Assembly: GCA_021399345.1 (NCBI GenBank)
Contig: JAAFKI010000059.1
Span: 1 to 64,000, forward strand
Origin: Candidatus Heimdallarchaeota archaeon
GTDB lineage: Archaea > Asgardarchaeota > Heimdallarchaeia > Heimdallarchaeales > Heimdallarchaeaceae
DNA length: 64,000 nucleotides
Direction of reading: 5' to 3'
This document shows, in pieces, positions 9,284 through 19,396 of this stretch. The notes beneath the pieces are model-generated. The model saw only the letters and a program-made list of their open reading frames with translations. It ran no database searches and was not told the origin of the DNA. Each line of letters starts with the position of its first letter. Position 1 is the first letter of the stretch. A program made the position numbers and the translations under genes.

Positions 9284-11581
9284 ATGTCAAGAATTGAGAT
9301 ACTACCCCCACTATTAACTCGTATAGGTTTTAATGAAATTGATATAAAAGTGTATTCTGCTACACTTGGGTTAGGAAAAGTAACCATAGGTGAATTACTA
9401 GTAGTAACAGGTTTAGATCCCCTTACCCTCATTCAATCAGTTAAGAATTTGGAAGAATTGGGTTTCTTGAAGAAAACAGCAGGAAAAACCCCTCAGTACT
9501 TTGCTATGCTCCCCTTTCTTAAAGAATACATAATTATAGAAAAAGACGCCTTATACTCCTTAGATGGGGTAATAACTGCCTTAAAAGGTGCGAAGGAAGA
9601 GTATAGAGAAAAGAAAACCAAATTTGGGGGAACTTTAGAATTAACCGGTGAAGGTTCTGTTTTTGACATTCACGTAGTTAGTGGTTTAATTAAACAAGTG
9701 GTCGAAGCGCTATTCCAACAATATGTTGAGCATAGCGAACAAACTGAAAACTCAGCTTCTGGTTTCATAACAGAAACAGAACAAGAAGTAACTGGGTATC
9801 TGACTCAAGTGATGGATCAACCCTTCCTGTTTTCAACACAGTTGGAAACTTTTGTGCAAGAACTTAATGCTTTTGTAAAACAGTTCCATCACACAGCAAA
9901 ACATAATAGTGATGTTTTAGTCCAAACAACTGAAGAAAAAATACAAAGTTCTTTTGAAAATCTAACACAGATTATTAACAATGGTTTAGATTCACATACA
10001 GAGAATCATAAGGAGTTTCTAGAAAAACTAGCTCCGGATTTGGATAATGCACTCAAAGATCTTGTTAATGATGTGACTGAAATTCAAGAATCCTTCCTCG
10101 AGAATTATAATAGCATTTGGCAAGAATCTTATAGTGCATGGAACTTAGAGTCGAAAAAAGTAGTCGAAGAACTCTCTTCTGAAGTAAACAACATTTTCTC
10201 TGACCAAATTAAACAGACTCAAGAGCTTAGAAGAAGTGTTGAACAAATCGACAGACAAACAAACTTTTTGTCTTCAAAAATTGCTGAAGCTTTAAATGGT
10301 CTAGAAGGCTCTACTATGATGAAATTGGGTAAAGGGAAGAAGCTAATTGAGGCTCCTCTCCAAGATGCAAGAGATACTGTTCGAAACTTAGCTAATGATC
10401 TGAATGAGAGTGGTTTGCAATTGATAGATCAACATGTTTTATCCTTAAATGAAGTTAGGGAAGCGTTGCGTTCCAAATTGGACCACTTTCAGATAACAGG
10501 AGAAACAACCATTCGAACAAAGAAGAATGAACTAACTGATACAACCATAGATAAGATAGATTTGCTACCCAAGAATCTCTTGGAAACGCTCCAAAATCAA
10601 ACAGAAGTGTATGCCACTTCTTCATATGATTCTTGTTCAGAAGTGACAGAAAAATTAAAACAAAACACCGTGGATCAGCTAACTACTACTAAAGATCAAG
10701 TTCTAAAAGATTTTCAGTCTCATGATAACGAAAAAACTCAGATTATTAATAAAATTCAAAATGATACTATCAAAGAATTAAGCAAATCAAAACAAGATTC
10801 AGAGAAAATGGCACTTGAGTTAAAAGAAAAATTACAAGATTCTTTAAATCAATTTCAACAGAAATCAGAAGATAAACGAAACCAATTAGCTATGCAACTA
10901 ACTGAATTAAAACAGCATCTTAAGGATTATAAGGATGAACAAAAGGAACAAATTATAGAACAGATTTCAGAAGGCGAAGAAATCCAAGTCAACACTCTAG
11001 TATCTCAAGTTGCGGCTGTAATAAAGGATGTTGATGAAATTTTAGATTCTCAAATGGATTCTCTTTTGGAAAAAGCAATGACTTTCTATCAAGTTGTTAA
11101 TACAAGAGAAGATGAACTAAGGCAAGTTGATGGTGCTGCGTCATCATATTCATTTGATGGACAACATGATACATCTATTATTGTAGGCGAAGAAGCTATC
11201 AAAGCCAGTATTACAGACATCGCAATGAGGTCCAATTATGAACTCCTTCTTGTTACACCAGATGTTGATGAAGATCTTCTAAAAGAAATGATGCAATACA
11301 CCAAAGCTCAGCGAGTAACACTAGTTTCATATTTTGACAAAAGACATCAGTCTATCCTTAGACCGCTTTCAGAAAGGTTTACAGGATTGAAACTGAAACA
11401 CTATGATAAGAAGGATGTTTACTGTGGGATTTTAGATGGTAATAATGAAGCTGTATTCGCTTTCTTAACTGCTGATTCAATACCTATAGCTGTGAGAACT
11501 TCAAATGAGTTACTTCTAGGTCTCTTTAAATCAGCAATTAATAGGGATGTCTTATTCCATTCAAGTGATGTAGAGGTATAA
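9284..11581 (+). CDS. Giant TrmB-like protein: wHTH, long hendecad helical rod, TrmB/PLD-fold C-terminal domain
   Basis: N-term IGFNEIDIKVYSATLGLGKVTIGEL...LEELGFL...YFAMLP; C-term GEEAIKASITDI...ELLLVTP...GILDGNNEAVF; 11-residue periodic central region. Confidence 0.75.
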   Translation: MSRIEILPPLLTRIGFNEIDIKVYSATLGLGKVTIGELLVVTGLDPLTLIQSVKNLEELGFLKKTAGKTPQYFAMLPFLKEYIIIEKDALYSLDGVITALKGAKEEYREKKTKFGGTLELTGEGSVFDIHVVSGLIKQVVEALFQQYVEHSEQTENSASGFITETEQEVTGYLTQVMDQPFLFSTQLETFVQELNAFVKQFHHTAKHNSDVLVQTTEEKIQSSFENLTQIINNGLDSHTENHKEFLEKLAPDLDNALKDLVNDVTEIQESFLENYNSIWQESYSAWNLESKKVVEELSSEVNNIFSDQIKQTQELRRSVEQIDRQTNFLSSKIAEALNGLEGSTMMKLGKGKKLIEAPLQDARDTVRNLANDLNESGLQLIDQHVLSLNEVREALRSKLDHFQITGETTIRTKKNELTDTTIDKIDLLPKNLLETLQNQTEVYATSSYDSCSEVTEKLKQNTVDQLTTTKDQVLKDFQSHDNEKTQIINKIQNDTIKELSKSKQDSEKMALELKEKLQDSLNQFQQKSEDKRNQLAMQLTELKQHLKDYKDEQKEQIIEQISEGEEIQVNTLVSQVAAVIKDVDEILDSQMDSLLEKAMTFYQVVNTREDELRQVDGAASSYSFDGQHDTSIIVGEEAIKASITDIAMRSNYELLLVTPDVDEDLLKEMMQYTKAQRVTLVSYFDKRHQSILRPLSERFTGLKLKHYDKKDVYCGILDGNNEAVFAFLTADSIPIAVRTSNELLLGLFKSAINRDVLFHSSDVEV

Positions 11582-11643
11582 AATCCTCTTCTACTTTATT
11601 AAAAATAAATATGATTAAAGCAATTAGATGAATCATTCTTGCT

Positions 11644-11898
11644 TTAATCAACATAAAATTTACATGATCTCATATCAAGTAAGTGAGGGAGTTTTTGAAT
11701 TAAACCAGCTCTGACTAACAATTTTAATCCATGACGAACAGTTCTTGGTGCTAAACTGCATAAATCGACTATTTCACAACTAGTAATAGGCCCTTTGCCA
11801 ATCACTATCTTATAAATTGTAACAGCACTAGGAGGTAAACCTGTTAGAAGATTTTGACTTAAATTTGGATTTTCAAGAGCTACAGCCACATTAACCAT
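11644..11898 (-). CDS. Small winged-helix transcriptional regulator (MarR/ArsR-like archaeal family)
   Basis: LPPSAVTIYK...GPIT..EI...LAPRTVRHGLKLL...GLI...DMR. Confidence 0.85.
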   Translation of the reverse strand: MVNVAVALENPNLSQNLLTGLPPSAVTIYKIVIGKGPITSCEIVDLCSLAPRTVRHGLKLLVRAGLIQKLPHLLDMRSCKFYVD

Positions 11899-11965
11899 TT
11901 CCTTGCTTGGTTAATCAATACTCGACAAGTTTCCTTTTTAAAGTTATTCAAAATGAATTCGGCAA

Positions 11966-11987
11966 AATTCAACTGATTTGTTGAATT
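11966..11987. promoter_or_regulatory. Palindromic operator-like site upstream of wHTH gene
   Basis: AATTCAAC-tgattt-GTTGAATT perfect 8-bp inverted repeat, just upstream of a TTTAAAAA box on the minus strand. Confidence 0.4.
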
Positions 11988-12410
11988 AAAAGCCGTTTCC
12001 ACATTTTTTTAACTCCACAAAGAAAAACTACAAAAAAACAAAAGGCATAAACTACAAGTTTAATTAATTGCACTAATGCTTTTAAACTCCAAAACAATTC
12101 ATTTTCAGACCTTTTATGTTTTTTTGATTTTTTATCTAATGTTTTTCATAAACAAAGGAAGTTTTTGGTACATATTATTCTTCTCTGCATAAAAAAAGTT
12201 CAATATCTATCAAAACTTATGAATTTAGGTCTTTTGGGCGTTTTCCATAAATAAGTAACACAATAATGATAGTTAGCTTTTAAAATACAAATTTTATGAG
12301 TGTTTATTTTTTTGCCACAATTAGAAATTAGGATATAATGAAAACTTGAGGAGAGAAATTGAATTTGAGATATAAATTAAAAAAAGAAACGATTGATTCT
12401 TCAACTAAGT

Positions 12411-13067
12411 TCAATGTTCTTTTCTAAATTCTGTAGCTAAGTTATGTGCTTTATGTAGTGGTTCTGGTAATTTGAAACGACTTTTGAAAAGATTCTGAAT
12501 AAATGTAAATGAGGATTTTACTGAAACCAAATTTCCTGGTGATATGAAAACTGGATTCCAATTTGTATTTGGCTGATATTTATATCCTACAACTTTCTCA
12601 TTTAAGAAAACTTGTTCTAAATACTTGACTTCAGATGATCTATATTCAAAGAATTTCAATGGTTTCTTCGCAACACCGATTGAAGGGATGTTTGCTAATA
12701 CACCAAAAACTGTTGCTGAGCCTGCGTTTTTTGGATGCGCAATGCCATGCCCATCAATTAATACTAAATCCGGTTTGATTGAAATCTTTGATAGTAGGGA
12801 AATAAAGGAAGGAACTTCACGTAAAAATAAGAAGGTTGGGATGTATGGAAATTGAATTTTGCTTACAATAACCTTTTCCTCCACGACTTCTTCAGTTGCA
12901 TTGTCAATAGTAATACCAGCTGTAAAAGCCATGTCTTGTTTATAGGATATATCAAAAGCTCCTATCGTTTTGATTTCAGATAACTTATCTTCCAAAATAA
13001 CTTCACTTGCTATTTCTTTTTGAAAATCCTTAGCTTCTTGAATTGTTTGAGGAAAGTGTGAGTTCAT
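12411..13067 (-). CDS. nfi: Endonuclease V
   Basis: GAFDISY, FPYIPTFLFLRE, IDGHGIAHP, IGVAKK, FISPGN, LPEPL..AH. Confidence 0.95.
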   Translation of the reverse strand: MNSHFPQTIQEAKDFQKEIASEVILEDKLSEIKTIGAFDISYKQDMAFTAGITIDNATEEVVEEKVIVSKIQFPYIPTFLFLREVPSFISLLSKISIKPDLVLIDGHGIAHPKNAGSATVFGVLANIPSIGVAKKPLKFFEYRSSEVKYLEQVFLNEKVVGYKYQPNTNWNPVFISPGNLVSVKSSFTFIQNLFKSRFKLPEPLHKAHNLATEFRKEH

Positions 13068-13068
13068 C

Positions 13069-14682
13069 TCATTTGCAGTCCATAATCTCAAGATATTTCT
13101 TATATGAGGAAATAAGTGTTTTCTTATCTAAAGTGTGTGTAATGTGTTCCCAAGGAAGGGATTCATCTATATTGTATTTCCATTCAGCTTCTTTATCTAG
13201 AGTGCTGTCAAATTCTCTTAAAGCTATTTTCCAGCTACCTACTGTATTTCTTCCTTTTGCAATTTGATAAATAACAGGATAATACTCGTGATTTTGTAAG
13301 GACAAGACCCTTTGAATTATTGACCATTCAGGCGCATAAAGAGATAAATCGATATTTTTGATTTGGTATAAATTACTTTTGTACCACTTTTGTTCTTTTT
13401 TAGATTCCTTAACACCTATCATGGAGGTATACTGAAAAGGAGTGTGCGCCTTTGTAATAAACTGATTCATAGAAATTCCTATTCGGCCTGTAGGGAAATA
13501 TCTTTCTCTAATTGTACTCACAAAATCCTTTGTTACAACTTTTATTTCCTCTCCTTCACAAGGAAACCCATAAATCATGTATAATTTTAATTTCCTGAAA
13601 CCTGCATCCCAAGCTAGCTTAAGAGCTGAAAAAATGGTTTCGTCATCCATTCTTTTATTTAAAGCTAATCTGAGTTTTTCATCTCCTGTTTCAGGAGCAA
13701 GAGATATAGTTCGTTGTTTTCCTTTTTTGAGTGCCTTTAGTAATTTTTCAGTGAGATAATCTGCTCTAAATGATGAACATGATACTTCGTACCCCTTAGC
13801 TACTATATATTCTATTAAATCATCAAGAGTGCCGGATTGAGCAATTGCACTTCCGTAAAGAACAATTTTATCAAAATCGTTTACTTCACTTGCTTGGTCA
13901 ATTATGTCAATAAGACTGTCCAAACTTCTAGATGTTCTAGGAAATCTACAATGGCCCACATAACAGAATTTACATCTTTCAGAACATCCTCTATCTGTTT
14001 CTAGATAGTATGCTTTACCAAAAATTGGTTCATTCTTAGTGCCTTTAACACCCTCAGGTATAATCTGTTTAATTGGGAAGAACGAATTAGAAATGTCTTT
14101 CAGCTTAACACTTCTTACATTATCTCCTATCCAATCCCCTTTTTCTGAAAAATGATGAGCATAAGCTATGATTCCTGGAACCGAAGCTAATGCTTCTATT
14201 CTTTCTTTTTTACTACTATTCATTAAAGATGATATGAATGCCTTACTAACCGGTTCTATATCTCCTAAGAAAAAAATATCTCCCACAAATAAGACTGGAA
14301 AAGGATTTGCTGTGACTGATGGTCCTCCAAGAATAATGAGTGGATCTGCTTCTTTTCTTTGCCTAACATCTGGGTTTATTCCTCCTCTTATCAACAGCTC
14401 AATTGCTTGGATATAATCCTGCTCAAATTGACACGAGATCGCTAGAATATCGAAATCCGCTAGTTTTTTTTGGCTTTCCAGAGAATAAGGGGCTATTTTA
14501 TAATCAAGGGGTTTGAAAATTCGTTCACAGATTATCTCATCTCTTTCGTTAAATAGAAAATATAGTAACTGAACGCCCAAACTTGTCATAGCTACTCGGT
14601 AAGTGTTTGGATAAATTAAACCGATTTTGACTTTCTCATGGGTCCAATTTTTCTTTATTGCATTCAGTTCTTTAATCTGCAT
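13069..14682 (-). CDS. Radical SAM protein with B12-binding-like N-terminal domain
   Basis: YPNTYRVAMTSLG, RGCSERCKFC (CxxxCxxC), SFRAD, APETG, LYMIYGFP. Confidence 0.9.
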   Translation of the reverse strand: MQIKELNAIKKNWTHEKVKIGLIYPNTYRVAMTSLGVQLLYFLFNERDEIICERIFKPLDYKIAPYSLESQKKLADFDILAISCQFEQDYIQAIELLIRGGINPDVRQRKEADPLIILGGPSVTANPFPVLFVGDIFFLGDIEPVSKAFISSLMNSSKKERIEALASVPGIIAYAHHFSEKGDWIGDNVRSVKLKDISNSFFPIKQIIPEGVKGTKNEPIFGKAYYLETDRGCSERCKFCYVGHCRFPRTSRSLDSLIDIIDQASEVNDFDKIVLYGSAIAQSGTLDDLIEYIVAKGYEVSCSSFRADYLTEKLLKALKKGKQRTISLAPETGDEKLRLALNKRMDDETIFSALKLAWDAGFRKLKLYMIYGFPCEGEEIKVVTKDFVSTIRERYFPTGRIGISMNQFITKAHTPFQYTSMIGVKESKKEQKWYKSNLYQIKNIDLSLYAPEWSIIQRVLSLQNHEYYPVIYQIAKGRNTVGSWKIALREFDSTLDKEAEWKYNIDESLPWEHITHTLDKKTLISSYKKYLEIMDCK

Positions 14683-15973
14683 CTTTTTTTTTCCTTTTTA
14701 CAGTATAGTTTTGAGTACTAAAATAAATAGAATCTGAGGGAACATCCTCTTTTACTATTGTTCCTGCCCCAATCCATGAGTTGCTCCCAATTTTTACCCC
14801 CGGCATTAGTAAAGCTCCAATGCCTATTTCCACACCCTTGCCTATTATTACGCCCAATTTCCTCCGTCCACTATCCTCTTTCTTTCCTTTTACAGTTACT
14901 GGAATGGATTTTTTATCTATGCGTAAATTTGCTGTAAGTGTTCCTGCTGCTATATTGCAATTATCATCGATAATTGAATCACCTATGTATGAAAGATGAG
15001 CTGCGTGAGTGTTATTGCCAATTATTGAATTCTTAACTTCACAACCATTACCAACTCTTGAATTCTTACCAAAGAAAGAAAATTTTCGAATGTAACAATT
15101 TGGACCAATATCTGCGTTTTCATCAAAGAAAGCAGGTCCTTCGATATAAGTTCCACTTCTTAGAATAGCTCCTTTTTTGAGAATAATATTGCCTTTGATT
15201 TGCACGTTTTCTTCGATTGTCCCTTCACGTAAATCATTGATTTTTGATAAAAGAGATTCATTTGCTTCTAGCAGAGACCAAGGACGACCTAAGTCAAACC
15301 AATAATCATCCTCATTAAGTTTCACTAAACTAGCTGGAATCTTTTTATTAGAAAGTAAGAAGTTTACAGCATCTGTAATCTCGTATTCTCCTCTAGAAGA
15401 AATCTCATTGTTTTTGTGTTGATTTTCAAGTATTTTGAATATATCTTTGTTTAAAGAATACAAACCAATATTTGCATATCCCTCTGGAACATCCTCTTTT
15501 GTTGGTTTTTCAATAATCTTGATAGGTTTTTCTTTTTCATCTACTATAATAATTCCAAAATTCTCTGTTTCTTTAGTGTGCTTCCCACCTAATGAGACAA
15601 AACCATTCCTTGCAGCGTCTACTGTCTGTTCCAGAAGGGATTCAGAATATATACAATCACCATTAACACCAATGAAAAAATCCTCTTTAATTTCGTTTTT
15701 AGCCAAAAGAAATGCATTCCCTGTCCCCTTTATCTCTTCTTGATGAATAAAAGTAAATTCTATATTCGGAAACTCCTTTGCTAAATAATCCTTAATCTTT
15801 TTTTCCATAAAGTGAGTGACAATTACAAATGAATTGATTCCAAATTTAAGAAACCCATTAATTGATTTTTTTAAAATTGGTTCTCCTAAAACCTTCAACA
15901 ATGGTTTTGGATTTGAATCGGTCAAAGGTTTTAATCTAATGCCTTCACCTGCTGCTAATATAACAACCTTCAT
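14672..15973 (-). CDS. glmU: Bifunctional sugar-1-phosphate nucleotidylyltransferase/acetyltransferase (GlmU-like)
   Basis: LAAGEGIRLKPLT..PKPL, RGEYEITD, hexapeptide repeats, HLSYIGDS. Confidence 0.93.
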   Translation of the reverse strand: MKVVILAAGEGIRLKPLTDSNPKPLLKVLGEPILKKSINGFLKFGINSFVIVTHFMEKKIKDYLAKEFPNIEFTFIHQEEIKGTGNAFLLAKNEIKEDFFIGVNGDCIYSESLLEQTVDAARNGFVSLGGKHTKETENFGIIIVDEKEKPIKIIEKPTKEDVPEGYANIGLYSLNKDIFKILENQHKNNEISSRGEYEITDAVNFLLSNKKIPASLVKLNEDDYWFDLGRPWSLLEANESLLSKINDLREGTIEENVQIKGNIILKKGAILRSGTYIEGPAFFDENADIGPNCYIRKFSFFGKNSRVGNGCEVKNSIIGNNTHAAHLSYIGDSIIDDNCNIAAGTLTANLRIDKKSIPVTVKGKKEDSGRRKLGVIIGKGVEIGIGALLMPGVKIGSNSWIGAGTIVKEDVPSDSIYFSTQNYTVKRKKKDAD

Positions 15974-16000
15974 CCTTTATTGTCACCTTTAGTGAAGTAA

Positions 16001-16333
16001 TTAAACTTCGAAAACGTCTCCTTCTGCTTCTTCAGGAGTTGCTGCTCTTGGAGCTCGCAAATTGTTAATACTTTGAATAAGATCAAAAGCTTTAGGATTG
16101 GAAAAAATTTCTTTAAATGCTTCCCATTGTTCAAGTGATGTAACAAATAATCCTTTACGCTTGAGTTGTGTTCCATCTTCTCTGACAGGAATAATTTCTA
16201 AACCAAAGTTAGTATCATCACCTTTTGTAGGTAGTTTAACAATGGTTACTCCTGAGACACTTGTCTTCTTTTTATCCCAGTCTTTCATTTCTTTACTAAA
16301 TTCTTTCAGTCTATCTGTTAGATCTGTTGTCAT
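16001..16333 (-). CDS. Conserved archaeal hypothetical protein (possible PC4-like fold)
   Basis: Clean ORF; GVTIVKLP, LEIIPV..G..LKRKGLFVTSLEQWEAF. Confidence 0.6.
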   Translation of the reverse strand: MTTDLTDRLKEFSKEMKDWDKKKTSVSGVTIVKLPTKGDDTNFGLEIIPVREDGTQLKRKGLFVTSLEQWEAFKEIFSNPKAFDLIQSINNLRAPRAATPEEAEGDVFEV

Positions 16334-16449
16334 AATATTCACTGTGGGTAAACAGATAATTTAATTTTTAAACCCTCCTCTCTTTGAGGTTAGGAAAGCT
16401 ACATACGAATGAATCAGTTTAAGAATTCCTTTGAAAGAAGAAAATTAAG

Positions 16450-17664
16450 ATGAATTATGCAATTGTTAATGGTAAGATTTATACCGTAAATAAAAATGAA
16501 AAAATCATAGATAAGGGTACTATTTTAATCAAAGATGGTAAAATAGAGAACATTTTGGAAGGAGACACTTCTATACCTGAAGGCTATGAAATAATTGATG
16601 TAGAAGGAAAACATGTTTTCCCAGGATTCATAGATACTCATACTCATCAAGGTCTGTTTGATGGTAGTATTGGTTGGGCAGGATTTGATGGAAATGAAAT
16701 GACTGACCCAAACACAGCCCATGTTAGAGCACTAGACGCAATTAATCCTGAAGATCCTGGTTTAGAAGAAGCCAGAATTGGTGGAGTTACAACAATTCAA
16801 ACAGGACCTGGAAGTGGCAATGTTATTGGTGGAACTGATACTATAATCAAAACATACTGTAAGAGCAAGATAGTAGATGATATGATAGTTAAAACACCAT
16901 CATCTATGAAAGCCGCTCTAGGAGAAAATCCAAAAAGAGTTTATGGAACAGATAAGAAACTGCCCTCAACAAGGATGGGGACAGCTGCTGTGTTCAGGAA
17001 AGCCTTTGTAGATGCTCAGAACTACGGGAAGAAATGGGAAGAATACAAACTGAAGAAAAAGCAAGCAGAAGAAAAAGAGGAATTAGATAAGATACCTTCA
17101 GAACCAGATAGAGATTTAAACAATGAAGTGCTCCTAAAGGTTTTGAAAAAGGAAATACCCTTGAATTTTCATTGTCATCAAGCAAATGACATAGTAACTG
17201 CTATTCGTTTAGCTGAAGAATTTAATATAGATCTCATGCTTGTTCATGCTACTGAAGGACATAAAATTGCTGACTATATTGCTAAGAAAGGTGTTCCTGT
17301 TTCTGTAGGACCTTCTCTTGCTGGTTTTGAAAAAGTTGAACTTCGTAATATTAGTTTTGAAACTCCGGCTAAATTGTGGAAAGCTGGTGTCAAAATCTCA
17401 ATCCAAAGTGATTCCTTTACTCGCCTTAAGCATTTCCAAATACTCCCTTGCATGGCTATTAAGGAAGGACTTCCTGTTAATGAAGCATTAAAAGCCATTA
17501 CAATTAATGCAGCAGAAATGATTGGAGTAAGTGATCGTTTAGGAAGTCTTGATATTGGAAAAGATGCAGATTTAGTTATTTGGTCTGATCATCCTTTGGA
17601 GAATTTCTTTGCAGAAAATAAACTCGTATTAATAGATGGAGAAATCGCTTATAAGAAAGAATAA
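16450..17664 (+). CDS. Metal-dependent amidohydrolase
   Basis: PGFIDTHTH, MKAALGENPKR, HCHQ, HATEG, GSLDIGKDADLVIW. Confidence 0.93.
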   Translation: MNYAIVNGKIYTVNKNEKIIDKGTILIKDGKIENILEGDTSIPEGYEIIDVEGKHVFPGFIDTHTHQGLFDGSIGWAGFDGNEMTDPNTAHVRALDAINPEDPGLEEARIGGVTTIQTGPGSGNVIGGTDTIIKTYCKSKIVDDMIVKTPSSMKAALGENPKRVYGTDKKLPSTRMGTAAVFRKAFVDAQNYGKKWEEYKLKKKQAEEKEELDKIPSEPDRDLNNEVLLKVLKKEIPLNFHCHQANDIVTAIRLAEEFNIDLMLVHATEGHKIADYIAKKGVPVSVGPSLAGFEKVELRNISFETPAKLWKAGVKISIQSDSFTRLKHFQILPCMAIKEGLPVNEALKAITINAAEMIGVSDRLGSLDIGKDADLVIWSDHPLENFFAENKLVLIDGEIAYKKE

Positions 17665-17685
17665 TATCCTTTTCTCTCTTTTTTT

Positions 17686-18039
17686 TCAAGCTTTTTCATA
17701 ATAACCTGGCTTTCGATGCTCACCAAAAAACTCTAAACCTTTTTCTTTTAATTGCTTTTTTAACTCATTTGCATGGCCTTCTGAAATATCGCCTTTCTTA
17801 AACATGTATTCGATTATTTCTAAAGCTTCTTCTTCAGTGGAACAACGACATATAAAATCTATTACACCAGGTGTGTGGCTTTTGAATTTTCTTACTTTCT
17901 TGGATCCAGCAGGAGTTCTTATCTCTTCTTCTTGATTTTTGTCCTCTCCTTCCATTATCTCTCTATATAGAACTGGAAAGTGACTTTGGAAATCTTCTTT
18001 ATCGTCCCCATCATCTCTGGATTCTTTTCTTTCAGACAT
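17686..18039 (-). CDS. DUF2095 family protein
   Basis: FPVLYREI, PGVIDFICRCSTEEEALEIIEY, FG..RKPGYY. Confidence 0.85.
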   Translation of the reverse strand: MSERKESRDDGDDKEDFQSHFPVLYREIMEGEDKNQEEEIRTPAGSKKVRKFKSHTPGVIDFICRCSTEEEALEIIEYMFKKGDISEGHANELKKQLKEKGLEFFGEHRKPGYYEKA

Positions 18040-18156
18040 GATTCACTGAACATTGGTACCCTAAAAAAGATTGAGATTATGTATTATATTACCGGTTTAC
18101 TCAAAAAATGCTTCTTATACAAAAAGTCTTTATTTTTAGAAGTAACTGAAATAATA

Positions 18157-19356
18157 ATGTTAGTTGGAATAGTTGGTAAACCTAGTTGCGGAAAAAGTAC
18201 ATTTCTTAATGCCCTTACAATGGTTAATGCGAAAGTAGGTGATTATCCATTTACAACCGTAGATTCTAACAGAGGAACAGCTTATGTAAGAAGTCCTTGT
18301 GTCTGTAAAGATTTAGGAGTTGAAGATAATCCAAAAAACTCTTTATGTAAGGATGGAATTAGATATCTCCCCGTTCAGTTTTTAGATGTAGCAGGACTAG
18401 TTCCTGGAGCTTCTGAAGGAAGGGGTTTAGGTAACAAGTTCTTAGATGAATTAAGACAAGCTGATGTTCTTCTTCATGTAGTTGATACAAGTGGTTCATT
18501 GGATGCTGAAGGAAATCAAGTGGACAAGGGATCTTGGAACCCATTAGATGACGTAAAATTCTTGGAGGAGGAAATTGATGCTTGGATAAAAGCTATTGTT
18601 AGTAGAGATTATGCAACAATGAAAAAGAAGGCTTCTGCTGAGAAAATAAGATTTTCATTTCTATTGCATGAAAAACTAACGGGGCTGGCTATAAAGAAGC
18701 ATACGATTGAAGCATCTATTAGAGAAATTGGTTTAATTGACGATGATGCTAATACTTGGGATGATAAACTAGATGATTTAATTACGACGATAAGAAGAAA
18801 ATCCAAACCAATTATAATCGTTGCAAACAAAATTGATCAGCCTACATCCAACAAAAATTTCCTTAAGATGAAGGAAGAACTAGATGAGAACATTTTTCCA
18901 GCTTCAGCACTTGCAGAGGTTTTTCTGCGAACTGAGCAGGAAAATGCAACTATTTCTTACACCCCTGGTGATCCTGGTTTTAAAATCCTGAATCAAGAAA
19001 AACTGGGAGAGAAAAAGGTACAGCTTCTTGAAAGAATTAATACTGATTTACTTCAAAAATATGGTTCTTCTGGAATACAAGAAATACTGTCTCACGTTGT
19101 TTTTAACTTGTTCAATATGATTGTGGTCTTTCCTGTTGAAGATGCTACCAAATTTACCGATAAATCAGGAAACGTACTTCCTGATGCTTATCTTGTCCCC
19201 CAAGGTACAACTGCTAAAGAGTTTGCGGGAAAAGTACATACAGACTTTGCAAAGCATTTTATTCATGGCACATTAGCACCATCTGGTAGACGAGTAGGAG
19301 CTGATTACGAGTTACAAAATAATGACATAATAAAGATTGTATCAGCTGTAAAATAG
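18157..19356 (+). CDS. ychF: YchF/Obg-family ATPase with TGS domain
   Basis: GIVGKPSCGKST, YPFTT, DVAGLVPGA, GLGNKFL, NKID, TGS VHTD; likely start ATG 18157. Confidence 0.95.
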   Translation: MLVGIVGKPSCGKSTFLNALTMVNAKVGDYPFTTVDSNRGTAYVRSPCVCKDLGVEDNPKNSLCKDGIRYLPVQFLDVAGLVPGASEGRGLGNKFLDELRQADVLLHVVDTSGSLDAEGNQVDKGSWNPLDDVKFLEEEIDAWIKAIVSRDYATMKKKASAEKIRFSFLLHEKLTGLAIKKHTIEASIREIGLIDDDANTWDDKLDDLITTIRRKSKPIIIVANKIDQPTSNKNFLKMKEELDENIFPASALAEVFLRTEQENATISYTPGDPGFKILNQEKLGEKKVQLLERINTDLLQKYGSSGIQEILSHVVFNLFNMIVVFPVEDATKFTDKSGNVLPDAYLVPQGTTAKEFAGKVHTDFAKHFIHGTLAPSGRRVGADYELQNNDIIKIVSAVK

Positions 19357-19396
19357 AGTCAAATTAAAAATAAAAAGAAGTGGAAGAATAAATCTT

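Noticed and set aside
9284-11581. SMC or active phospholipase D annotation for the giant TrmB-like proteins
   Set aside because: No Walker motifs or hinge, and no HKD catalytic motif
11899-12410. Replication origin in a long AT-rich intergenic gap
   Set aside because: No ORB repeats or adjacent cdc6/orc1 recognised
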